DNA of 64,000 nt from Rhizodiscina lignyota (Eukaryota): NCBI GenBank assembly GCA_010015805.1, contig ML978126.1:1488001-1552000 (forward strand). The letters run 5' to 3'. The notes under the pieces were generated by a model. It saw only the letters and a program-made list of their open reading frames with translations. It did not search any database and was not told where the DNA came from. Shown one piece after another: positions 1-11,962 of this stretch. Position 1 is the first letter of the stretch. Each line of letters begins with the position of its first letter. A program made the position numbers and the translations under genes.

Positions 1-263
1 CAGTCTGATGGAATACACAACACATGCGACCAACGCTACGCGGCGCACAGCCTCAAGGGTCCGTGGAAGTTAATGTAATTATTCTGAAGCCGGAGATATA
101 TGTAGGGCTCCTGTCGTAGTCACCTTTCCTTTCGTCTTTTGCACCGCATACTCTTCACAACGCACCCCCACAACATCGCGTCTCTACGCGTTTTCTACCA
201 TTTCCAACTCCTCGCACTACCCCAATTGAATTACTAATCTCGTAACGTACGACTGCCATCGAA

Positions 264-2006
264 ATGAGCAGAGAGGACGTTCTAGGCGCGGTCCTCGCGC
301 ACGCTTCCGAGAACTCCGAGCTCCTCGTGAAGCTTGGCGCTACCAGCGAAGCTCCCAGCGTCCTGCGCGCCCATCTCACGCACCTGCAGCATCTCAAGGA
401 TGAATTCGAAGTCCAAGAAAAGAGCCTGTCGGGCCTGAAGGAGACAACAGAATCGCAATTCAAGCTCCACTCCAAATACCGAGACTCCAATATCCGTCGC
501 TTCTTCTACCGCACGACACGTATGCTTGCGAAATTCGAGGCCAAACAGATGAAGGAGGAGAGGGAATACTTCTCCGCACTGTCCAAGCAGAGCAAAGCGG
601 AAGAGCGATACAAGTTGCTCAAGCAGGATCTGGACGAAGCGGAGAAAGCTGAAGTTCCGCTGGAATCATTGGCGAAGGAGCATGATGAGATACACAAGAA
701 GATTGACGAGCTTTATGAATCGCTCTTTGCAGGCCCAACTCCTGGATTCCAAACCGAAGATTCAAGGGAAGGGAACTTCTACAATGCACGACGAAGGAAT
801 GAACAGACGAAAGCAAGCATCATTGCTGCGAGACGAGCACAAAGACATCTTAACCAGGCGAGTGCGAACCTCAACCGCACGGACAACTATATGCGCTATG
901 CCCTCGCAGAAGCCGACAACAGCATTTTCTTCTTCGACGAGTCGCTGAATCTCCTGTCTCACAGCGACGAATATCTCTCTTACGCCATAGCTTCCGTTGG
1001 CAAAGCCGAACAAGAACTTCGACCACTGTCTCCAGAAATGGACGAAGCGAGAAAGGCCATCATGATGCATCTCCAAGAAGCCAAGTCGCAAATCAACGCA
1101 CGCCACAACCATGATGCTATAGCTTCAGCAATCACCAATTCGCGGAGCAGAGTTGGTGTCGCAAAGCAACGAGTGAGTGAACTTTTCGAACTGATCAAAA
1201 AAAGAGAACGCGAAGGACTAGAGGAGATCAAAATGACTGCACGAGGTATGGAAGATGCACGACAGGCCCTGCAACAAATTAGGCAAGGAATCTTCGAGGA
1301 GGTTGCTGGGTTCGGAGAGGCAGCACCGGCCTATCTGGAGTGTTGCGATCGTGCCGACGGATTCTGTGCTCTTCCTCCACCACCGCCGTTGGAGGAGCCA
1401 ATTGATGAGAACGACGACCCAATTCTGCAAGCTGCAGCTCGACGGCAAGCTCAGGCTCAGGCTCAAGCTCAAGCTCAAGCTCAAGGCCACAACCATGAAC
1501 ATCCACCTCCGCAGGAAACTGCAGCAACTGGGCCTGTGGATATGCCCGCGGACAACGCCATGGACGTCTCGCCGATTGAACAAGAACACAGGCCCTCGGT
1601 TGCTCCTTCGGTCGGACAGGGCCATCGTACTTCAGTTGCGCCCTCGGTCGCCGCAGTAAACATCTCGAACCTGCCAGCAGACATGCCTCCAAACATGCCT
1701 CTCGATATACCGATGGATCCGCCCAGAGCCGCAGCTCTGCCACCATCGTACGACAACGTCGTCTCCAATCCACCTTCAAACAACGCAGCAGCAAGCCAGC
1801 AGAGTGATCGCCGTACGTCGAATGCTCTCACGCCGACAACAGCTCCACCCACACCACCCGCAGCGCTGCGAGCATCGCTTGCCGCGCATGACCCCGCTCC
1901 TTCCGCCCCAACAGACCGAGACTCAGAGGAAGAGGAGCACGACGCTGAAGATGAAAAAATTCTTCCTCCACCCATCCCTATCGGCGATATAAAGCAACCA
2001 TTGTGA
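264..2006 (+). CDS. Hypothetical protein, N-terminal coiled coil with Pro/Ala/Gln-rich disordered C-terminus (580 aa)
   Basis: Long intronless ORF; helical charged N-terminal ~350 aa; (QA)n tract and PPSY motif in the tail; no recognisable catalytic motif. Confidence 0.75.
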   Translation: MSREDVLGAVLAHASENSELLVKLGATSEAPSVLRAHLTHLQHLKDEFEVQEKSLSGLKETTESQFKLHSKYRDSNIRRFFYRTTRMLAKFEAKQMKEEREYFSALSKQSKAEERYKLLKQDLDEAEKAEVPLESLAKEHDEIHKKIDELYESLFAGPTPGFQTEDSREGNFYNARRRNEQTKASIIAARRAQRHLNQASANLNRTDNYMRYALAEADNSIFFFDESLNLLSHSDEYLSYAIASVGKAEQELRPLSPEMDEARKAIMMHLQEAKSQINARHNHDAIASAITNSRSRVGVAKQRVSELFELIKKREREGLEEIKMTARGMEDARQALQQIRQGIFEEVAGFGEAAPAYLECCDRADGFCALPPPPPLEEPIDENDDPILQAAARRQAQAQAQAQAQAQGHNHEHPPPQETAATGPVDMPADNAMDVSPIEQEHRPSVAPSVGQGHRTSVAPSVAAVNISNLPADMPPNMPLDIPMDPPRAAALPPSYDNVVSNPPSNNAAASQQSDRRTSNALTPTTAPPTPPAALRASLAAHDPAPSAPTDRDSEEEEHDAEDEKILPPPIPIGDIKQPL

Positions 2007-2621
2007 TTTCGATTTAATCATCTTCACCATATTGCACACGACATCGGAAACCAAGCCCCTGAACGATATTTTTGGCGCACGGAAAAGGCGTGGGAGCGGA
2101 GCGCTGATTCGCAAGGGATGCCATTATTGGCGCGGAGGGCGACGGGTACTGACGACAGATTCAGCGTCGAATAGGGAAAGGAGGCTCGTGTCCCCCGTTT
2201 CAACAGGAACAACACATCCTGTAAGGCGTCAGCCTTGTCGTCAACTGCTGTTTGAATTGAAACTTCTATGTCCCGGACAGCAAGGAGCTGGTGCAACTGA
2301 CTTTTGCAATTCGCGATTTTAATCATAATTTATCATACCATTTATTAGAGATACCAAATTGACTTCTTAATTGTACGACAGCGCCTGCTGTTTGGTCAGG
2401 AACACGGAACGTTTATTACTTTTGGTCCGCCCTGTTGGAGGCCGAAATTGGTAATAGGGCGGGTGGGCAACCTTCCGAAGCTTCCGCCAGCACCACCATT
2501 AAGGCCGACCCGTCAGACGAGCACACAAACTTACCTTCAACTGAGGAGAACGACATCAGGGATGTTCTGAAACTTCACAGTCTTGTTCAAGGAGTCGCGA
2601 TCTGTGGCGGTGCTCGATTAA

Positions 2622-3932
2622 ATGCGGTTGCTTTTGATTCTCTCAGCCCTTTTGGGTTGCATTTTGGCGCCTTTTGCTCTGTTCAACCTGTTCTTCCGCG
2701 ATGGTTTTCCAGTCGTGTCTGACTTTCATCGTCCTTTTCCTTTTGGGCATACAGTCAAGTTGAATGAGAGTGCAATTCCAGAAGAGCCGGACTATCTACC
2801 GCCGCTGAGGACGAACGGGCGAGAGATTCTTGACGCTCGCAACCGCTCGGTGCACCTGAAATCAGTGAACTGGTACGGTGCCAGCGACGTCAAATTTGTC
2901 GTGGCTGGGCTGGCCACACGGCATCGCGATGATATTGCGAAGACCATACGGCGTATGGGCTTCAACAGCGTGAGACTGCCGTATTCTGACGAGCTGGTCT
3001 ACACGAACCCGCCCATTCCCGCTGACGAACTGGCTGCAAACCAAGATCTCATCGGCCACTCTGCTCTGGATGTGTATACGTCTGTCATCAACAGCCTCAC
3101 TGATGCAGGCCTGCTGGTTATTCCCAATAATCACATCACGCAGGCGACGTGGTGTTGCGGCGCCAACCTGTGCGACACGGCGTGGTCGAACGACTGGCTA
3201 GGCCCGATCTGTCGCGTCAAGCAGACAGAGAAGACCTGGATCGAGAACTGGAGGAAGGTAATGGAGCCGCTCGCTCACAACTCGCTCGTTATCGGGGCGG
3301 ACCTCCGAAACGAAGTGCGTGGGCCGTGGGGCACGATGCATTGGTCGAGGTGGGCGACAGCGGCGGAGAAAGCAGCAGAGGCCCTGCTCGACATCAACCC
3401 TGAATGGCTAATGTTCATCGAGGGAATATCGTCTGCAAACGACCTGGAGGGCGTGAGGAAGCGACCTGTGACTCTCAGCGTGCCGGAGCGCGTCGTCTAC
3501 TCGGCGCACGTCTACTGCTGGTCGGGATGGGGGGCGCTGCAGCCGTACGCGCGACGTACGTACCAGAGCTTCGCAAAGGACATGCGCAAGAACTGGGCCT
3601 ACTTGCTAGAGAGCGACATCGCGCCCGTCTGGGTGGGCGAGATGGGCACGGCGGACTGGCCGTCCAAGGGCGACCTCAACTACTGGCAACACCTCGTCCA
3701 GTTCCTCGACGAGGTCGACAGCGGATGGGCGTACTGGGCGCTCAACCCTCGAAAGCCGGCTGCGAACGATTGGGAAAGTTACGGGCTGGTGAACGACGAC
3801 TGGGAAACGGGTATGTGCTTGCAAGAGAGCGAGAAACGTGGGCGTGAGCTGCGGCTAATCTGATTTCCAACAGTGCGCTGGGACTTTCGCTTGGACGACA
3901 TGGTGTCGCTGGGGTTGAGGCCTCTAAGGTGA
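2622..3932 (+). CDS. Glycoside hydrolase family 5 (cellulase-like), N-terminal signal/anchor
   Basis: VNWYGA, GFNSVRLPYS, acid/base DLRNEVR, YSAHVY, nucleophile PVWVGEMG, WAYWALN; intron 3811-3873 (GTATGT..CTAAT..CAG) gives last exon VRWDFRLDDMVSLGLRPLR*. Confidence 0.92.
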
Positions 3933-4857
3933 AGCTGGCGACGGCGTGGTCGGGCGGCAAATGCTATTGAGCGTCTAGCAGCCTGCCTTATCTACGGAGA
4001 TGGAGAGGCCGACGCAGTGATTTGGCAGAAGGGTTCGCATTCCTTGGAGGTGTGGCCGTGAACAAGGTGAACAAAGAGCAGCGCGCACATGCACGAGTCT
4101 GCTGAGCGGCGCGAGGACGCATCGCAGACCCGAGACAATAGTGGTGGCTCGACGGACGCCGCCCATTGGCTGCACGCACAGCCAATGGCAGCCGGCCCCC
4201 GACAACGTGGGGCATCGCGAAAACTCAACACCATCACCGCGTCAAGTCGCACACGCGCACGCTCAAGTGCCACTTCACCCCTTCGCAGCAATCACCCAGC
4301 GGAGCCACCACGATGGGGGCGTCTCGCACTACGCCAGCAGCCTCACCAGCGTGCCGCAACGCTCTCCTCCACTGGATCGCCGCGTGCGCGCACTGTCTAC
4401 ATGCTCTGTAGCTGCTCGAACAATGCCAGATCTTCACGCGCGCCGCCGCCGCATTGCTTCGCTTCACGCGGCATTCCAGATCTACGAAATGCACCTCCGC
4501 TCCAAACAGGGCCCTTTGTCCCCTGCCAAGAGCACTGTGAAATTAGGCCTGCCACTCTATCTCGTCTAACTGGCACAGCGCAGGTAAGTTGGCCCAAGCC
4601 TGAATTTCCCGTCGTAGCAATCACGGCGGCCACTAGGTCACATGTGAGACTGGCCTCCTCACAACTCAGCCTGCCTCACATACTCCCAGCGCTTTCCCAT
4701 TGCTGTCTCCGCAAGCCGTCCCGTCAAGGTTGTACAGTTAAAGTCCACTCACGCCTGACGCTCTGCCCTCCTTCGCCCTCTGTCCCTCCTCGTTCGTCCC
4801 TTCATTCCCAGCACTGCAGCTTCCTAGAGCTTTTCTGGGGAGACTGCGTGTGAAACC

Positions 4858-6707
4858 ATGTTTCTCTGGATCTCGCGCTGCCTGCCCGGCCTCAATCTAG
4901 TCCTCTTCATCGTGCTCTTGGTCTTCGCCTTCACCGACGTCGACGAATGGATCCCGTGGCTGTCTTGCGCCTTCTTGGAAAGGCGCGCATACCACAAGAC
5001 TGAGCCCGGCAATGCTCCCGAGTCGCCTCCAGTGACGCTCAAATTCTCGCAGAAGATTTACATGTGGTACACTATCTTTGTCCACCTCGACACCGTTGTG
5101 TTTTCTAGCCGCCTCTCCTATGCCTTGGTCCGGGTGAGACACCGGATGAAGAAGACTCTTGCCCGCCGCAATGAAGTCCCAATGCTGGATGCGAATGACC
5201 CAGACAGCCCAATTCCGCAGTACAATGCCCCACTCCAGGGAGATGATATCACTGCTGCTCCGAAAGCTGGAGCTGCGCCAATGAACGAAGTGATGCACGC
5301 GATCATCCTTCCGAACTATGCAGAGGATATAGAGACTTTAACAGCTACTCTGAGAGTTCTGGCATCTCATCCCAGAGCTGCACATCAATATGAGGTATGT
5401 CCCGCAATCAGAATTAGACCCCTAGTGCTGATACAGTTCTGAACCGCAGGTGTATTTGGCAATGGAGCAGAAAGAGAAGGATTCGCCTTCTAAAGCGTCG
5501 TCTCTGAGAAACGCGTTTGAGCACAAATTTCTTGCCGTCCGTTCGACGTTCCATCCCGTCGGCCTACCTGACGAAGTTGCCGGCAAGGGGTCCAACGTTT
5601 CTTTTGCCGCGCGCGCCATCTTCGAACATCACCGCATGGACAAGAGCAAGCACGACGTTGTCATTACTGTCATTGACTGTGCGCTCCACTAATAAATTCG
5701 TTACCCCTCCGAATTATATAAGCTGACGGCTGTGTCCAGCTGATACGCACCTGGCTCGAGATTACTTCACCGAAGTCCGCCGCCTGCACCACACCAATCC
5801 GAACTCTGCGAATGCGCTCTACGTCTGCCCTATTATCTTCGACAGAAATGCCCACGACATTCCCATCTTCGTACGCGTCGCTGATATCCTGTGGGGATGT
5901 GCAGGCCTCGCCGGCTTTCTGCCCGGCGCGCCAGTCCACATCCCCACGTCCGTATACTCGATACCACTTGGCCTGGCAGAAGATGTTGGTGGCTGGGACG
6001 GTGATGCCACTGCCATTGGAGAAGACATGCACATGATGATCAAGAGCTATTTCAACAGCCACGGCCGTCTCGTGACCCTCCCCGTCTATAGCGCCGCCAG
6101 TCAATGCAACATCTCTTCCGCCCGCCCACGCGGATGGCGCCGTTTCGTTGACACTCTGCAAGCCCGCTGGCGCCAGGCCCTTCGCCACATGTGGGGAGCC
6201 CTCGACATCGGCTACGCCATGCGCCGCATGATGAAGCTCAGGATGCTGCGCCTCTCGAATCTCCCCCTCTTCCACCTCCTCTGGGAAGCACATTTCTTGC
6301 CTACCCACTTCGTCCTTATGATCCTCGCCTCCGCGCTCTACGAGTTCTTTAAGCCCGCACACCTCATCCACCCGGACCTCAAGTGGACCTTTGCCTTCAC
6401 CGGCCTCGTGCGTACCGTTTCTTTCCTCATCATGCAGCTCGCGTTCTGCTTCTACGACGCGTACCACGCACTGTGCGTCAACACGCGCGCCATGGACATG
6501 GCGAAGGCGGGCATCCCCGAGACGTTTGCGTATAGGAGACCCTGGCATTGGCGGTATCTGCTGGATCGGATATCGTTCCCCGTTGCGGGTGTTATGTACG
6601 GTGCGCTGCCGGCCTTCTATGCGCAGATTGCGCACTTCTGGACCGATAAGCTGGTGTATGGTGTCAGTGTGAAGCCACTCTTGAGCGCTGCGGGCATGAT
6701 CCCATAG
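4858..6707 (+). CDS. Membrane-bound processive-type glycosyltransferase family 2
   Basis: IILPNYAED, GKGSNV, DxD (VIDSDTH across intron 2), GGWD..IGEDMHM, QxxRW-like QALRHMW, flanking TM helices; introns 5395-5449 and 5679-5739. Confidence 0.88.
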
Positions 6708-7569
6708 GAAGAAGCCGGGCACGCTATCAAAGAAACCGGGCCCGCCGTGAAGGAGAACGGACACGTCGCGAATGAAAACGGGCACGCAGTGTCGCCCGTA
6801 CAAGAAAACGGGTGTGTGGTGAAGAAGAGGAAGAAGAAGAAGAGGCGAAGAGATTCGGCAGTACAGAAGGCCCGATAACAAGAGTAGATGTTGGATGGAC
6901 TTGGAGACCAGAACCCCCCTGCCGCCATTGCACAAACACCTCTTCTTTTCCCTTTCTTATACTCGAGTTCTATGTTCGCGCATGCGCTGGATAGACACGC
7001 CCTCTTGACGCTTAATTGTAATTGTAATGATCCGACTCTGGTCGTCTAATGTCGTGAATCACGTGAATGCGGAGAATAATTTGGATCATTCTTGCCAAGC
7101 AATGGGTTATGTTTGACAGCGTTTTCGATGTTTTCATCCCGTATACGTAGGTCATCTACATAGCAATTCAATACGTCATGGTATCTCTTAGGCTTTCATC
7201 GCTGGCTGTTTATCAGTGTCATACACTAAGCTCTACATCATATTTCCCATGCCGTATATTCTCAGGTGTTAGTAGCGACATAGATGTCAACGCCGCACTT
7301 TCTTTATGGAGTCATTCTTCTCCTTCATAGATTGTCTCTCATTCAATCGACTCCTCCCAGAAAAACTTGCCCCCTGAGATTATTTTCTATGTATTCTGAC
7401 ATCTCTCATGAATCATACGCCACTTTAAACTGCATTCAGCCTTGGACTATGATGTCGTTGCAGTTTCAGCCTTGCGAAGTGCAATTGCTTGAGCCACATC
7501 GACCCCGCTTCTTCAGCCTTGGAATTCTTCAATCTTCATTCTTCAGACTTTCACAAGAGAATTGCTGCG

Positions 7570-9715
7570 ATGTCTTCAGGTACTTGTTTCTACGACTGCA
7601 ACGCCAAGCCTCCGGCACAAATCCCCTCTTATGCGGATATTTCGGGCATCGGTGTAAGTAAGAGACTCCCTAATCCCTGATCACTACACGCACTGACTGA
7701 CTCAGGTTACCTTCGGCTATGTTGGCACGGCGTTCCTTGTCGTGATCCTCACTACCGTTTATTACTTCTTCGCATACCAACCGGACCTCTCCCCCTTTCA
7801 TAAAGAGGAAAGCTCTGAAAGCGATGAGGCACAACTACAATATCGTGCAAACCCCGTCGACAAGGCTATCCTGCGGCTAGTGTCAAAATGTCTGCCACGC
7901 AGAGCGGCTACAGAAAACAAGGGCTACTCTCGCTTAGAGAGAGCGCTCATCAAAGTGAGCAAGGGCAAACTAGATTCAGTGGTAGAGATTAACCGTAAGC
8001 AGTGTGTCCTGAGTATGAGTGATCTGCAGATCGTGACAGGAATCTCAATCCTCGTCAGCGGCCTCACTCAACTCCGCTGTGGTCTTTCAGCCTACCACTG
8101 GCAGATACTTGTGTATTTGGCATGGTTTTCAAGTGTCACTCATCTCTGCTGTCTCACGTTTCTTCAAAATTATCTCTACAATCGTCCTGGTCAACGGCTA
8201 TGGAGACTTGTGTCCATGCTCATCATCGTAGTAATGCTCGTAGTAGCTTTAGTTCCAACTTGCTACTTCGATTGGTTTCAACAATTTCCTGATCTGGATG
8301 GGGATCCCATCCAACTGCAGCCTCCACCAAGCTCCTATGCCATCTGTTTTTTTGCCAAACCAGTGTTGGATTGGCGGGGCTGGGAGGAAGATGCAGCAAC
8401 TACTTCTACTGTTTCGATGGTGTTTTCCTCGGTACTGATCGTCTTCGGTTTTGTAACTCGCGTTATACGACTACATAAGATACTGACTGTAAAACTTGCG
8501 AACGGACTCAGACCTTTCTGCAGTAAATTGGCTTGCAAAATTTTGTGGAAGGTTTATGGTCTCTGCCGGATACAGACGCAGAGGCGGAGTCTTCTGAGAT
8601 CTTTCATCTACCATCCATTACTAGGCGTATATCTTCTTCTGCGTGTTCTAGTGGATGTCTACATATCGATGTTTACCGAAGTGAGTAGTCACAGTATTGA
8701 CATCTGCGTCCATTATTACTCCTGTTCCATTGAGAGTCATTAACAGACTGTCAGATCTTCTGGCTCCTCATCAGCTTTGTCTGGGGCGTATTACGCCTGT
8801 CAATGACCATCGGGCTAGACGTAACTGTTCTGACGAGGAAGGACTGGAGCTTTGGGCAGGTTGTTCCAGTTATACTATTGGCCGCCCCCGTTATCTCTAT
8901 TATGGAATTTTTTTACGAAGGTTAGCTTTCCTGAATGGAATTGCAATTTTGCAAGCTCACTTACAGTTCAAGATGACACAATAAAATGCAGACAACACAC
9001 AGTGGTATCTACCACAGAGATATCAACGACTGAAGTTGGATCGACAGGTACAACACAGGCTGCTGGGCCACTAGGATCTGTTTCCTCTGCGCATGTTAAC
9101 CGGCCCAGCGAAGTACCAGACGGCTCAGCTTCCGGGAGTACAATTACATTACCTCAGGCTCCAGTAACAGAATCGCATCGCGTCCAGACCATGCAGCTTG
9201 CACAGAATGTAACGAATAGCCCGATCGAAGGCCTTAGAGACGAACCGGACTTTGATTACTACATGGAATCAGGCTGGATGAATCGATTAGTAGCTCTTGT
9301 CCTGTGCACAGTTGTTGCTCTTGGTCTTTTTATAGTGACGTATGATGACCTTAGGAGAACTTCTGTGATTCAGCAAATGCTACTCTCGATTGCGTCTCCA
9401 TTTGGACTTTTGAATGGCACCCCGCTCAGTATCTTTTTGACTCTTTTTCAGTATACCCTCTTCCTGATCGCATTCGAGGATATCAAATTGAAATATGAAG
9501 ACACTAAGCTGTGTCACTGGGTTGGAATTGCAGTGGATGTGATTTTGTTTTTGTCCTTTCTTTACCAGCTTTTCAGCTATGGATTTGGGCTGTTTGTCCT
9601 CCCTTATTCATCAATAATAAATTTGGTGCTGCCCTTCGTTGTTTATATATGTGTTATGGTTATAACGTTGCTCTGTGTCTACTGCCGTCGCCAGTGGTGC
9701 AGAGAGGGGGCATAA
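7570..9715 (+). CDS. Multi-pass membrane protein of unknown function (fungal family with DISGIGV / DLQIVTGISIL / AYHWQILVYLAWFSSVTHL motifs)
   Basis: Several in-frame hydrophobic exons joined by GT..AG introns (first 7654-7706); boundaries of later exons approximate. Confidence 0.7.
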
Positions 9716-9848
9716 TTTATGCTACGATATGGTGCGAGTCCAAAAAGTAGTGTACGGTTCATGTAACTTATCAAATGTATTAATCGGACAGTTGAACTTT
9801 GCGCTATCAGTGCTTTATTTCGTTTTAGTCTAAGACCCAAATGAGATA

Positions 9849-11091
9849 TTAATGCGTCATGGTATCATTTACAGCAGGATATTTATCCGTCCCATATGTT
9901 GAATTCAACATCACCCACCCGCTCACCGTCTCGTCTTCAAGCCTAACCCACGTCTCTGCCTCGCCCTTCTTGATCAACTTCTCACTCAGTCGGACCTGAC
10001 GAGCACCGCGCGTCCAGCTGCCGTAACCGCCATAGCCACTGTGCCGACCGAAGCACACGACTAGCCCGTCCCCTTCAAGACCCATTCCGTTGAGCGTCGA
10101 GTTCCATTTGTAGCACCAGTCATTGCCGTGGTCGTGACCGCTGAATACAGCAATCAGACCTTCAGTATCGAGCAGAGCTTGCATGAACGGGACATCGCTG
10201 CCGTCGTACTCGCCTGCATTGTCGATGCCTTGAGTAGCTGCCGGACAGCAGTCGTCGTTGATGCCAGGCGCGGTGTGGTTATTGATACCGGACGCTGTCA
10301 ATTGCGCTGCTGCGGATGCGTACGTCGGGATGTGTACGAATGCCAGCGATGGAATCGTCTTCTTGTACTTCTTTGAGATCCTGTCGCGCGTCGAGGTGAA
10401 CCAGTCCACCACGCTCTGATCGACAGTCCCCGGAAGCTGGATCTGATTCCCATCCGCATCGAGCTTCTGAAACGCCTTCCCGCCCTTCGAATCGAAGAAC
10501 CACAGCAGCGCCGCCGGCGTCGACGAGTACCCTTTCGAGCTGTACACCGGAAGATAATAATTGCTCACGCCTGCATTTGCAGCGCTCACCATGCTCCGCG
10601 TCAGACTCAACTTGCCATAGCGCGTCTGCTCCTTGTGCAGTAGCGCCTCGGTGCTCAGGTTGTAATTGATGTCATGGTTGCCGTACGTCGAGCTCCAAGG
10701 AATGCTGCGGTCCACCAGTGGCTTCACAATGATGTCCAAGTAGTCGGTAGAGTTGAAGAGGTATGTGTTCTCCCCGGTGATGAGGTCGCCGTTTAGCACA
10801 ACGTAATCAGGTTCTTCGCTGTCCAGGATGGTGTTCATGACACGGGTTGATTTGATGTCGGATATGGGACCCCATCCGAGCGAAGGAGCTAGAATTCGTA
10901 TCAGACAGTCTGGTGTATTAATTGGGTCGGTATGCAGACGTACGATTATCCTCTCCCTCCCCATAATGCAGGTCCTCAAAAATACTCAAATGAAAGGTAC
11001 CATCCGGTTGAAATGCCAATCTCGGTTTCGCAGAAACAATCCCAAACTTCGATCCAACCGCCACAGCAGCCCAGAGCAGATTTTGGCGCAT
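9849..11091 (-). CDS. Calcineurin-like metallophosphoesterase (DCR2 / purple acid phosphatase-like), probably secreted
   Basis: DLHYGE, VLNGDLI, YGNHD, FVHIP, SGHDH, GYGGYG motifs; one intron near 10890-10942. Confidence 0.9.
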
Positions 11092-11962
11092 GATGTACAA
11101 GCCTAAGAGCGTTCCAACAATCCAAACCACAACCAGCGCGGAATGTCTACGCAATAAATGTCCGGGAGAGACAGCGCCAGAAGCGCCATCTTTCCTGCTC
11201 GTCATCTTCGCTATATACAATTTACGTCCGGAGACTATTTGGCATATGCGACTCTGCAATACCACAATCCCGGGCTCTTCACCTCATCCTTCCTGTCCAG
11301 ATAGAAGAAAAAGCGGGTGTGCCGGAAGCGCGATTCATCCAGCAGAGACTTGAGAATCGAGCAGGTGCAAGATTCCGACTCTTGATGGACGCGGAAGATC
11401 TTCAGGGAAGGTATTCTCCTAATACAGGGCGGACTCGAACCCGCGAATCGGCTCACTTGTCAATTGTGGCGTGCGCCTGGAAACTTGCACGGACGGCTCT
11501 CAGTTGCCTCTACGCCATCGATTGATGTGGAAGGTATCGCTCAATATGCAGGTTCGCATGCAAGTCTAGGTGCTGGAGGAGACAGAATGACTGCAGGTCC
11601 GGACGTTGAAGATGGGTTGTGGTTGTGGATGGGAACCCCATCAGGTGTCAGCGTCGGGGCACGTGCGGGAAGGAGTATTGGCAGGGGGCTTTATTTATAC
11701 TGTCGACTCTTCAAGCACAGGCCACTTGGGACACCGGCCCTCCTGCCTCAGGCTCGTCATTGAGTAGATTTCTGCCTAGCCTCACCTTATATTGCAAAGT
11801 TATTGCCTGCCTCTCCAAACCGATTTATCGACTCTTTCTAACAAATTGACTCTCTGTCGACGGATGTAACTTGCGCTGCGATAACATAGGATACATCTAT
11901 ACGAATTTCATGTTACCAACGTCAGCTTGGACAGCACGAACGGCCACTTGGCTGTTCGAGAC

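Noticed and set aside
1447..1484. (GCTCAR)n hexamer repeat
   Set aside because: Ordinary coding microsatellite giving a (QA)n tract
6705..6707. Genome-wide reassignment of TAG
   Set aside because: TAG ends conserved genes at their expected termini (PRE4, TERT, HET), so any recoding would be site-specific
5670..6935. 421-aa antisense ORF over the GT2
   Set aside because: Shadow ORF caused by GC-rich codon bias of the sense gene; no recognisable motifs
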